DNA from: Antedon mediterranea
Lineage: Eukaryota; Animalia; Echinodermata
Length of the DNA stretch: 64,000 nucleotides
Reading direction: 5' to 3'
NCBI RefSeq assembly: GCF_964355755.1
Contig: NC_092672.1
Coordinates: 34,044,437 to 34,108,436, forward strand
Part shown: positions 1 to 11,717 of the stretch, in pieces
Layout: every line of letters begins with the position of its first letter
Position numbering within the stretch: the stretch's first letter is position 1
The notes under the pieces: generated by a model
Database searches by the model: none
The model's input: only the letters and a program-made list of their open reading frames with translations
Told to the model about the DNA's origin: nothing
Program-made: the position numbers and the translations under genes

Positions 1-3000
1 GGAGAAACAAGTCCAACATGGAATATACGCTGGTGAGTATGCAAACATTTTCTCTTAAGAAACATTTTGATTCTGTCTGAGTTGAATCTCGACAAGACGA
101 GATATCGTAGGGCATAGTTTTTAGGTGGTCTGAAAGACATTAAACATGTTTAACTTTCTCCTAACTGAGTTGGCGTTACGAAACCAACCAAAACCAGACA
201 TTGTTCATACAATCTTTTAGAATTTGCATTTTTTTTATAGTTTTAAAAAGCCATAAACACAATAATAATATATAATAAATTAAATTCTCATAGTAGTAGC
301 GTGTTCAACAGTTAAAAATTCACAAAGAACAAAAGGTGACAGATAGCTGTACAAATTACATATATTGACCAGTTTTAATTGTTGTAAAGGTCATTTTGAA
401 TAGTCAGTATATTAAACAGGGAAGAGTGAAAATAACTCTTCCCTAGTATAAAGCAATAATTATATGTATTATAACATAACAAATATTAGTGATAATTTTC
501 ACTTTCTACTTAGTTTCTACACAAAAAGGCCAAAAATTCCAGAATATATTAATTTTTCTTTTGGATGATCCAAAGAGAATAAAACATATGTTTTTGCTCT
601 AGCTTTCGCTGGTTCAACGACTCAGCTTAATCATGAGTGAGTCTATGTGACTTGAAATTGTTACCATGCGTCATTGAACTAACGAAAGCTAGAGTAAAAA
701 CATAAGTTTTACGGTGTTATTCCCTTTGGATCATCCAAAAGAAAAATGATTTGAATACTATACAGAGATCCAGATAAACCTTTCTACTAATGTTGATGAA
801 TTGTAAGGACATTTATAGAATTTCATTTCATTTCATTATTTATTTGGTCTATTTGAGTATATACATTACAAAAAAAAACTTAAATTGGGGCCACCAGGGT
901 CAACCTAAGTGAACTGAATCATTGTAGCTGAGCCGGTTGACCCAACCCCAAAGTCAGTTTACACATAAAAGACGAAAGACAAAATACAGTTACAGCGAAT
1001 CAAAATGAATGTGAACTTTTCTAATGAAGGCTGATGGGCTTTCTATGACTGCAGCATGCAGCATGCTTGATTTAATCAACCTAATTAAATACTAACAGAT
1101 TAGGTACTTAATTTTGACAATTTTCTAGCTTAACCAGTACTCTAAACAAAATTGATGATGCGATTTACATTTGTCTAAGACAGATTATGGTTTTAAATTT
1201 GATCTATATCTTGTGATGTTACACCATATAATTATCTTTTGTGTATTTAGTTCATGATGTATTGTTTTTTATGTCATTTTTCTAACTTTATTTGTAAATT
1301 ATTATAGTGTTAACTTTGGAGCAGAATATGCCTGACGAGTAGGGGGTTACCCCGGTGTATTAGTACATCACAGCCACTGATCACCAACTGTGCCCTCTGG
1401 GAGACCAGTCTTTGACTGAAGAGGTTACCCAGTATAAATATATATTTCAATCAATCGATTCAATGTCTGTATAGTGTATTGCATAATTTTCCTGAAACCA
1501 GAAAGGAAAAATATATTTACTGTATATAATTGATCTTTTACTAAACTTAAAACTCACCCTAATTAAATTTTGTTTAGAGAATCAGAGAACTAAGAAATCC
1601 CATAAATAATAAAAATAATACATTATTACTATCAATATCATTAAGCACTTTGAATGTTAAGGCTACAGAGTGGGATTAAAATATTATAACACACACATTA
1701 TATACATCTAATATTAATACCGCGTTTCCACATTTCTGTATAATAAACCATTTAATTAAAATAGTGGATTATAATCATTATTAATAATGAAATTTGCTTT
1801 ATCAGCAACTTCTCTTACCGTAAATCAATATTCACTGACTAATAGCGTAAATCACTCACACATCCCGTAATTACCCATTTAATTTGTACAATTGTTAAGT
1901 AGATACTAAAAATGGAGTGGTTAATTTAAAACGTAATAGGTCAGTGAACTTATGAGACTCGTTGAAGTGCATGTTTCCGTTTACAATGCGAATAGTAATT
2001 ACTTTTAGGACTTGTTTGCAGCAGACGTCAATATAAAAACACCAAATTGAACAAACTGCGTACAAAAAAAACTTTTTTCTGAAGGCAATGTAACTTGTTT
2101 GAACTCCTCAATGCATCAAAATGTAAAATATTTAATTGAAAGTATCATTTGCATACAAATTTGCACAATTACAACTTGCGTTTGACGTCATGTAGCAATT
2201 TGCCTTTTAAATTCATTTTCATTTCTTCTAACATAAATTGTTCTCTCGCTAAACATGTCTTTATTTCCTGTTTAAAAGGTCAGCTGCGGGTAAAAGTAAT
2301 TAATTGTTCATACAGTATGTTGTAGTTTTTTAATACATATTTTGTACAGATGCTATTGCGTTGATATGAGACCAATTTAAAAGGTGAAAAGAGGAAGAGG
2401 ATGAAGGGTAAAGCCTGTAGCCAGGCAGGCTTCATGTGGTCTTTTTTTTTTAAAAGAGGCCATTACATAAAAAAGTAAAAGTATCACTTTCGAAGATATC
2501 TGTAGTTCGAAAGGACATAGGAATAATGGGTTTGAACACTACAGCCCTTCTCAATAAACTCCTACTTTATAAGGGCCTGTTCAGACCTACAGAGTTATGC
2601 TTTCGTATTGTGCGTGGCATACAACTCCAAAGGTCTGAACCAGGAAAAGAACAGTGGAATCCACCACGTACGACACTACTCTTTTGTTCGTTACGAAAGC
2701 TCAAGGTACATGATTAGTGAATGCCGCTTACGATATGAAAGTCATGCATCAACGATTTTGACCTCCAACCAATCAATCGCCCAAATCGAATCGGTGACAC
2801 TTTAGTTTGAAATGAAGGCTTAGTTAAGCAAATCTGAACACTTTTCTGTTACAACACTCATTATAATATGACATTGCTTGCGATACGAAAACAACTCCAT
2901 AGATCTGAACATACCCTAATATTAGTAAGATATCTTCGCACACATTTAAAATATCACCTACTCTTTAACACTTCTGCTAATTTGTAACTTTTGTGTTGTA

Positions 3001-6000
3001 ATAATTTATTAGTTAAATCACCTACGGTACTAGCCAAATGAAATATATACACTGAAGCCTAAAGATACTGTTCAATTATCATCAACCAGATCAATGGTAA
3101 TTGAAGATAAACATATGGTTTACCATGTTGTAAAGTGATTTGTTACATGTTAAATTGATAATGAATAATAGACATTTACTATTACGTATTTAATGTTGAA
3201 AAATTTGAAAGGTAATTACATTAACACAATATACTGTATGAATATAGTTGTGTAAACAAAGATGTTGAAGTTGTTACATCAACATTTTCACACTTGCGCT
3301 AAACATCGCATAGAGACTATTTGTATTTTGCGCTATATAAATTAAAAACCTTTAAATGTTGTACACTTATATTTTTTTCTAATTTAATCAATTTCCAATT
3401 TGATAAATCAGTAATCATTTTATTTTCCACACACTTGTAAAATACATGAATTATGGAGGGAAAAAAAAAATTATATGCATTGTATGGAAGGAGACTGTTT
3501 AAGTTAAGAAAATAACTTTAAGTCATAGCCACCTTAAACTGAGTTGAAAAAATGTTATGAAGCACGACTTAATAAGTGCTGCAGCAAAATCAGAGCATTA
3601 TTATTATAATAATATGGCGAGGGGTTAAATCTTGCCCTGTATGTACATCATATTCTTTAATTTGAGATAAATTACAATTTCGGCCTCATTTCCCAGAAAT
3701 ATCTAAATATTTTTTTTTATTTCGGTATAGAACATGAATGCTGAAAACGTTGAACTTATAAAAATAATATTTTAATAGGAGCAATTGTGATATCCAAGCC
3801 AACAAGATTTTACGGCAATACTTCCAGCGTCCGTACTTCCTACCGGATATGGTGCAGGTAGTAGGATCCTGGGTATTTATGGCATCCGGAACCAAACGTG
3901 ACCCGGAGAGGGCGAGGTTGGAGAAAGTAGAAAAGGAACAAGGAGATAGTTTTTTCAATCCTGAAGGGTGGCAGGTAAGACTAATACAATGAACCTCTAT
4001 TAAGGGGACACCTTTGGGACCTAACATTCAAAGAGCGGTAATGGTAAAAAAAATATAAAATCTATGTTAATTGTTATTCCTTATGACCATTTACACAAAG
4101 TACGGAGCTAGAGATTCTAACTGGGACAAGCTATGCGGTTTCATCTGTGTAAATTGGCATTTATAGGGTGTCCCTTTTGGAGTTGGTCATAGTATTAAAA
4201 CATTTCCTCTTACTTTTTTTCATGAGTGTGCCCTGAAAAAAAGGGGTATTCCTGTGAACAGGGGTGTCCCTGTGAATAGGAGTGTGCCCTGTGAATAGGG
4301 GTGTGCCCTGTGAATAGGGGTGTCCCCTGTGAATAGGGGTGTCCCTGTGAATAGGAGTGTGCCCTGTGAATAGGAGTGTGCCCTGAAAAAAAGGGGTATT
4401 CCTGTGAACAGGGGTGTGCCCTGTGAATAGGGGTGTGCCCTGTGAATAGGAGTGTGCCCTGTGAATAGGAGTGTGCCCTGTGAATAGGAGTGTGCCCTGT
4501 GAATAGGAGTGTGCCCTGTGAATAGGAGTGTGCCCTGTGAATAGGAGTGTGCCCTGTGAATAGGAGTGTGCCCTGTGAATAGGAGTGTGCCCTGTGAATA
4601 GGAGTGTGCCCTGTGAATAGGAGTGTGCCCTGTGAATAGGAGTGTGCCCTGTGAATAGGAGTGTGCCCTGTGAATAGGAGTGTGCCCTGTGAATAGGAGT
4701 GTGCCCTGTGAATAGGAGTGTGCCCTGTGAATAGGAGTGTGCCCTGTGAATAGGAGTGTGCCCTGTGAATAGGAGTGTGCCCTGTGAATAGGAGTGTGCC
4801 CTGTGAATAGGAGTGTGCCCTGTGAATAGGAGTGTGCCCTGTGAATAGGAGTGTGCCCTGTGAATAGGAGTGTGCCCTGTGAATAGGAGTGTGCCCTGTG
4901 AATAGGAGTGTGCCCTGTGAATAGGAGTGTGCCCTGTGAATAGGAGTGTGCCCTGTGAATAGGAGTGTGCCCTGTGAATAGGAGTGTGCCCTGTGAATAG
5001 GAGTGTGCCCTGTGAATAGGAGTGTGCCCTGTGAATAGGAGTGTGCCCTGTGAATAGGAGTGTGCCCTGTGAATAGGAGTGTGCCCTGTGAATAGGAGTG
5101 TGCCCTGTGAATAGGAGTGTGCCCTGTGAATAGGAGTGTGCCCTGAAAAAAAGGGGTATTCCTGTGAACAGAGGTGTGCCCTGTGAATAGGGGTGTTCCT
5201 GTGAATAGGGGTGTTCCTGTGAATTGGGGTGTTCCTGTGAATTGGGGTGTCCCTGTGAATAGGGGTGTTCCTGTGAATAGGGGTGTTCCTGTGAATAGGG
5301 GTGTTCCTGTGAATAGGGGTGTCCCTGTGAATAGGGGTGTCCCTGTGAATAGGGGTGTCCCTGTGAATAGGGGTGTCCCTGTGAATAGGGGTGTTCCTGT
5401 GAATAGGGGTGTTCCTGTGAATAGGGGTGTTCCTGTGAATAGGGGTGTTCCTGTGAATAGGGGTGTTCCTGTGAATAGGGGTGTTCCTGTGAATAGGGGT
5501 GTCCCTGTGAATAGGGGTGTCCCTGTGAATAGGGGTGTTCCTGTGAATAGGGGTGTTCCTGTGAATAGGGGTGTTCCTGTGAATAGGGGTGTTCCTGTGA
5601 ATAGGGGTGTTCCTGTGAATAAGGGTGTCTCAAAGGAAGGGTTCTACTGCATGTTTACATGCACATATTATTTATATTCTATTGGAATCCTAAAAAAAAC
5701 ATTATTTCTAACAAAAAGTAGAATAAAATAGAATAAATTGCAAGATTGTTTTATTCTACTTTATATTACTAGCTACTTGCTTCAAATAAAAAGCTTAACA
5801 ATCATGGTTTCAATTTCAACATTCATATTAGTGTCATAAAACCAGATAGTACTGTATACTCAGATATAAATGATTTATGATTAACTTGACATTTAATATA
5901 ATAATCCTGCTTGTCAGCTACATTATTTTAAACATCAATACTGTATGTATGGCAAGAACTGTTTATTGTTTTAATTTTCTGTCATGTTTGATTACAAAAT

Positions 6001-8136
6001 ACTTGTACAGGATATTTATTTTAGATACGTTAACATTTACTGATCTTTATTGAATTACTGTATGATTTTCATAAAGTTTCCAATACAAAATTGATGATGG
6101 TACAGATGTTAGTACTACTAAATTGCCTTTCTGGGTGAATATAGGAAATTGCGATTGTAAAATTAGACTTGGCCCCAAGTCTTTTTTATGTACTAAAGTA
6201 CTAAATATCTTTCAAATTGCGCCTAATAATATATTAAATGCTCTAAGAAGATTGTGCTTATATTGTAAGGTGGCTATTGATTAATTAGCATGATATAGTA
6301 CTAGTAATGTATGGATTTCGTAATGTATACTGTACTAACTAGTAATTTTACAGTGATTTCTTTTCATTACACAAATATCTATCTACAGTATCTTAAGCAT
6401 AGTGATTGTTAGATTTATGTTAATGCTAAAAATCAGGGGATATAATTTGGCACTGGCTATAATTATATAACTTTTGGTTTGGGCACAAAGCTTAAAATGT
6501 TGAATATATTACTTGTATACTAGTTATTCCTTTTCATTACAAAAAAAATCCTATCTATCTCAATCATAGTTAGTTAGATTTTTTGTGAATGCTAAAAGCA
6601 GGTGATTTGGCACTGGCTATTATATAACTTGTGGTCTGGGCAATAAGCTTAAAATGTTGAATATCATGGACATTTTATTTTATTAAAATATTTCAAAATT
6701 GTAAAATCTACAATTCATTCTTTTATATTTGAATATATAAACTTTTGTGAATAAATATTGATTCAGTCACGTACAATATTAGTGATTAAATATTATTAAT
6801 TTGAATACTTAATTATAATAATTCTTCCCTTAGGAATTTATCAGAGACGATAACATGCAATGGATGGCTCAGATCAAGGGACAATATGCGATATCATTGA
6901 CCCCAGTCGAGCCATGCAACAGGACATGTCAACCTTTAAACTTTGAACTAAATCCTGGAGAAATTTGTAAGTACTATCAAAGAATATATATCACAAGAAT
7001 GAGTATTCCGCGATTTTTGCATGAGAAATTTGTAACAGTGAGCTCCAGAGAGTAATGCCCGCCCTCATAAGGGCGGATGTATACATACTAAATAAGACTT
7101 GATTTAATAGATATTATACATGTCACATTAAATAGAATTATGATGATAGTTTTTGCAATTGTAAACTATTTTATAATACATATTTATTAAAAAACTAGTG
7201 TTTATTCACTTTTACAGACAATTATTTACTAACATGCTAAGTTAGTTCACAAAAAAGGCCTAACACAGCCACACCAAAAATCAACGAATATTACTCAGCA
7301 CGGCCTATTCTTTACCATTGCCGTGTACTACTCTACGCCCGGTAAATTAAGTATTTTTTTTATGATATAAATTAGTATAAAATACATGTTATTAATAGGA
7401 CAAAATGTTAAATATCATTAACATTTATTTGTTTTACCAGAAACAAGTTAAATATAGGAATATTATTAAACTATCGTTCGTGAAAACGCGTAAACACCAA
7501 CACGCCCGGTCACGCTATCGTAGCGCCCGGTTGATAAAGCAAACTGTTTATACGGCAGCTTTTACTAAATAAATTGCATAAAACGAACAATTAAATATCC
7601 AAATAGTATTTAACATGATGTTGGCATGTAGTTTATAACATTTTTTATCATGAAAATACTACCGGTGGTCCAGCCTTTGATTAGTGAAACCGTCACAAAA
7701 AGTTGTATACATCCCAGATACATCCACACTTATGGCAGCGCCCTACCACATGGACAATATTACTGTTACAGGGAAAATCGCGGATTACTCATTCTTGTGA
7801 TATATATTCTTTGGTACTATGTTCAATTAATTTTGTTGTTAAAACATTATTGTCTACTCGCCATTTAAATTTATGTTGATTTTAATTTATGCTAATTTCA
7901 TTAAATTTATATTAAAAATTACACTGTAAATCTATCCAGCATTGTTATTCATGAAGTATTAATTTATCAAAATAACATTGGCACTAATAGTAATATGCTA
8001 GTTTGGGTGATTGTAATTTTAAACAATTTCTTGTTATTTTCCAGTAATTTTCACACCTAAGATGTGGTTTTTTGAGTACATGCCGTATGGAGAAGAAGAC
8101 TCGATTGCTCTAGCCTCTATGGGAGATTGGGAATAG
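1..8136 (+). CDS. 3' part of a C6orf89/BRAP-like (cupin/JmjC-like fold) protein; the 5' end lies outside the window
   Basis: Exons 1-32, 3779-3974, 6834-6966 and 8045-8136 have GT/AG ends and consistent phases. They splice to ...GETSPTWNIRWSNCDIQANKILRQYFQRPYFLPDMVQVVGSWVFM...WMAQIKGQYAISLTPVEPCNRTCQPLNFELNPGEILIFTPKMWFFEYMPYGEEDSIALASMGDWE*. The motifs WSNC, RPYFLP, WxAQIKG and P..C...C......PGEI are recalled from the C6orf89/BRAP-like family. Confidence 0.7.
553..747. mobile_element. Foldback (near-palindromic) MITE-like element
   Basis: tttttcttttggatgatccaaagagaataa...gctctagctttcg is mirrored by cgaaagctagagt...ttattccctttggatcatccaaaagaaaaa. Confidence 0.6.
1335..1445 (+). mobile_element. 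3' fragment of a Deu/Nin-domain-like SINE (tail type 1)
   Basis: gacgagtagggggttaccccggtgta...cagccactgatc...gggagaccagtctttgactgaagaggttacccagtataaata matches the 3' half of the copy at 21375-21630. Confidence 0.6.
2573..2916. mobile_element. PIF/Harbinger-like MITE
   Basis: Imperfect TIRs gggcctgttcagacctacagagtt / aactccatagatctgaacataccc, with TAA on both flanks (3-bp TSD). Confidence 0.6.
3985..5651. mobile_element. Tc1/pogo(Tigger)-like MITE whose subterminal repeat has expanded into a minisatellite
   Basis: Left end tacaatgaacctctattaaggggacacc; right end gggtgtctcaaaggaagggttctactgca (degenerate inverted match). A similar unexpanded end occurs at about 53480-53520. Confidence 0.5.
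4224..5630. repeat. Minisatellite: 19-bp unit (gtgtgccctgtgaatagga) followed by an 18-bp unit (gtgttcctgtgaataggg)
   Basis: Directly visible tandem array. The 19-mer block runs to about 5144 and the 18-mer block covers about 5180-5628. Confidence 0.97.
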
Positions 8137-8334
8137 TATAAATACATGATACCATTGACATTTTAGTATTCCATTATTTGTTTATGTGGAAAAAAAAGAA
8201 CCATATATTCACAGAAGAATTTGTCATTTGAAATGACATGCTTATTTTTTTTTAACAAATTAGACTTTCAAGAAGCACTTCACATAATTATGCACATTGT
8301 ATTTTGTCTTTTATATTTTAATATTTTTAAATAA

Positions 8335-8527
8335 GGTAGTGGAGCTGTAGGTTGGTGCTTGCCTTCCAATCCCAAAATCCAGGGTTCAATCCCAACCTAG
8401 TTCTAGTAACTCACAACTCTTTCAACTCCACTCCCTAAGCCCCAAATGAGACTTAGTTCATAAGCGCGATAAATGATAAAAAATAGTTTGTCCATCCCTT
8501 AATTGACGAGTTTGTATGAAAAAAAAA
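8335..8527 (+). mobile_element. Degenerate tRNA-derived SINE
   Basis: B-box-like gggttcaatccc, no complete cloverleaf, A-rich tail. Confidence 0.45.
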
Positions 8528-9003
8528 TAATATAATATTATATTTTAATATAATCTCACAGTCACACCCATTAAAAAAATATCTGCCTCTATATAAGTAC
8601 AGCATTAAACAGACAAAGGCTATTATATTGGAAACGGAAAAAACAGATATGAAACAGTTTTACCTGTATTTCAATTGAAAATAATCATGGTCTAGACATA
8701 TTAAAATATGCCAAAACAAATTAACATTTAATTCTAAAAAGGTCTTCCATGTAAAATGCTAATTTTAAATCAGGTTTTATATTTGTAATTACTAAATATA
8801 AACACATTTTGTTTATACAGTATTGTTTGTAAAATGTGTGTAAAATATTTATACAGTACAACTATTGATTTTCTCATCTTCACTGCTTATAAATTAATGA
8901 ATTAATAGTCAGTATATTTCTGGGCAGTTTGGAATTTCTATATATATGTCAAAATTTATATCTATAAATTTTTGTTGAAAAAAAAAATTGTTTTCAATAT
9001 CCA

Positions 9004-9098
9004 AAGCTCTGTCTACACTATCAAACTAGTTTGACAAAAAAAGTGCCCAAATATTTCCATATGGACATAAACTTTGATAGTAGGTGTAGACAGAGCTT
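9004..9098. mobile_element. MITE family A (PIF/Harbinger-like)
   Basis: TIR aagctctgtctacac...gtgtagacagagctt; many related copies occur in the window. Confidence 0.8.
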
Positions 9099-9099
9099 A

Positions 9100-9280
9100 A
9101 AGCGTGGTTCCCACTAGCGACGCAACACAAGGACGTAACGCAACGCAAGTGAATTGACCAATCACAAGCGATGGCTTATTTGCTTGTGATTGCTAACTCT
9201 CTATAACTTCACTTGTCATTGGTTAAAACGCTTGTGTTGCGTTTACGTCCTTGCGTTACGTTCTAGTAGGAACCAAGCTT
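9100..9280. mobile_element. MITE family B (PIF/Harbinger-like), abutting the family A copy
   Basis: TIRs agcgtggttcccactag / ctagtaggaaccaagct with internal inverted gacgtaacgc/gcgtttacgtc; a related copy lies at 25728-26053. Confidence 0.75.
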
Positions 9281-9818
9281 TAGAGAGCTTGATAGACATG
9301 TTTAATCACCTTTTCTTGCCTTTCTGGTGCTTTTCTAATGTGTGTGTGCGTTTTGTAACCAGTGAATGTTTATAGAATAACATGGTTATATGCAACCAAT
9401 AAATAAAGGGATGAATAAGGGTCGAGTCTGCAGAGTATCATAAGGAGGGGGAGGGGATGTGGTCATGTGAGTGAGTTGTCAAAACAATATAGACTATCTG
9501 TATACTATTATTCGATGTAAACTACTAGAAAGTTCTTTAAAAAGCCTTTTGCCATTTTTCCTCCGACTGTGTATTCATTAAATGTAAATATGGAAAACTA
9601 AACCTTAAAATTGTATTAAAATATTCATATAATGTACAATGTCACCAGATTTATATAATACTGTTAATTAATATACTGTATTACAAAAGTATACTGTATT
9701 TATATAAAAGAATTATTTATTACTAAAATTTATGGAGGGCAGCATTGTACAGTACAGTATTTGCAAATCATGAACGTGTCTTAATATGTTGCTTTGACAT
9801 TTATAAAAAAATAAATAA

Positions 9819-11422
9819 AACTAGAATTTAATTCGTCACTTTGACGAATTATAGGTGATCATTTTTATCATTTTAATGAAATTAACATTTTTTTAAACAT
9901 GCACGTACGATCGTAAAAAGTTGATGTACGCCATCCTATGACATGATGCATATACACTCATAGTGCTGAGTTGTACCTATTATGTGTCATATACAATATG
10001 TACAGTATATACTGTATATCTATATACAGTGTAGCATAGGTGAAATTACGGGACCCACATCGTGTTCTAAATTTTTGGTATGATGGAATTATCAAAATAA
10101 ACTCGAAGATGACAATTTCGAAAGATAATGAATTGAGCAAAAAAATATAAGAATTGGAAGAAAATTTGACACGTAGAAGGGCAATGCGCGCTCTTTGAAA
10201 TTTGTATAACTTCGACTAAAGAAATTTAAAAACTACTTTTTAACTTCAACTGGCCATGTGATAACGTCACAACATCCGATAGGCTTAATTTTTATATGAA
10301 TTCATATCTACATTTCATCAGCTTTCATAATAAGTTATAATCTTCAAGGTCACCTTTAATTCTGAAGAGCTATAAGATATTCAAATGTATGGTTTAGCCG
10401 AAATTACACGACCTAGGTTATTCAAGGTTTTACGCGTGATGACGTCATCAAAATGAAAATGTTGACAACTCATTAGAAGAATAATTAATTGAGCAAGCAC
10501 ATACTAAAAGTTGTGCGAAAATCGGGCACAAATAACGGAGATGCGCTCTATTGAATGTGATAACCCACACAAAAAGAAAAAAATTCCTAATTTTTAAATT
10601 CAAGTGGCCATTTGATGACGTCATACCATTTTGTACGTCTAATGTGTATATACATTTGTATCTACAACTTATTGGCTTCTATAATAAGTTAAAAAAATTG
10701 GGGGTCATCTGCCATTCTGAAGAGTTATATTCATTTTAAAAAGTCCTTATTTTTTACCATTTTTAGCACTTTTGTACAATTAGTGTGCGCATTTTGTCAT
10801 TTTTAACGTGCTCGTATAACGTTATTTTAAGTCGGAATGGACTCAAAATTGGTGAATGTACTAAGGATTGTGAGTAGAATGTGATTTATACATCAAATTT
10901 TATTTTTTACGCATTTTAAGAATCGTGCGCACAAAAACGCATTTTTGCGCAGTAATTTTTTGAAACGCGCAAATGGCCATTGGCCAAATTCATGCTCTAA
11001 ATTCATCAAAACCTAATTTTGCGCGTTTTAAATTTTTAACGCACGATTTCACGTGCATGACCTTGAAACGCGCAACTTTTTATTTGCTAATATTTTTACC
11101 CTTGACCTGAAGTTTACCTGTAGTGAATTTCATTAATATGTCATAATGAATTATGGAGATATGATTGATAATGTGATTTCACAAAATGGCGTATAAATGA
11201 CGTCACGGATGAGTGATCACGCTGGAAAGCTCATTAGGATTAAGTTATATTATTTGAAAGATATTCTGAAATTTTGGTAATCATTGATATTAAACTTTTT
11301 GAGATAATTGTTACACAAAATAGTGTACAGAAACAATAAAAAGAAGAAAAAAAAAAAAAATAATAATAAAGATTTCATACAATAACAATAGGTGATCATT
11401 TTATTCTAAATGATCACCTAAT
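9819..11422. mobile_element. Helentron/DINE-like non-autonomous rolling-circle element
   Basis: Starts aactag followed by the hairpin aattcgtca..tgacgaatt and ataggtgatc. Ends with an (aag/aat)n run and the stem-loop taggtgatcattt-tattct-aaatgatcaccta. The interior is CpG-rich and non-coding. Confidence 0.55.
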
Positions 11423-11717
11423 GAAACACAGCAGTTAAATTTAGTCTAATTTATTTGTGTAATGCCTTTATATTGAATTATGGTGGTGTATTAAACTATA
11501 TTGTAACCCTATGAATAGAGATCACTCTCCAGAGAGAGACCTTGTGTGTTAAGAGGAGAGATTCGTGTTGAAGAGTCAAGTTGTGAAATAATACAGCTGT
11601 ATTTATAACTTTACATGTCAAATCACTTCTGATATCGCGGCAGCTTCATAAACTGCCTCTTTGCATGCCTCCAGCATGATACTAGCTATATGGGCAAGTT
11701 TGACAGGCATAGCTATT

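Noticed and set aside
4161-5731. 490-aa (-) and 185-aa (+) repetitive ORFs (HPYSQE / VPVNRG)
   Set aside because: These are translations of the 18/19-bp minisatellite inside an intron. They are stop-free only because the repeat unit lacks stops.
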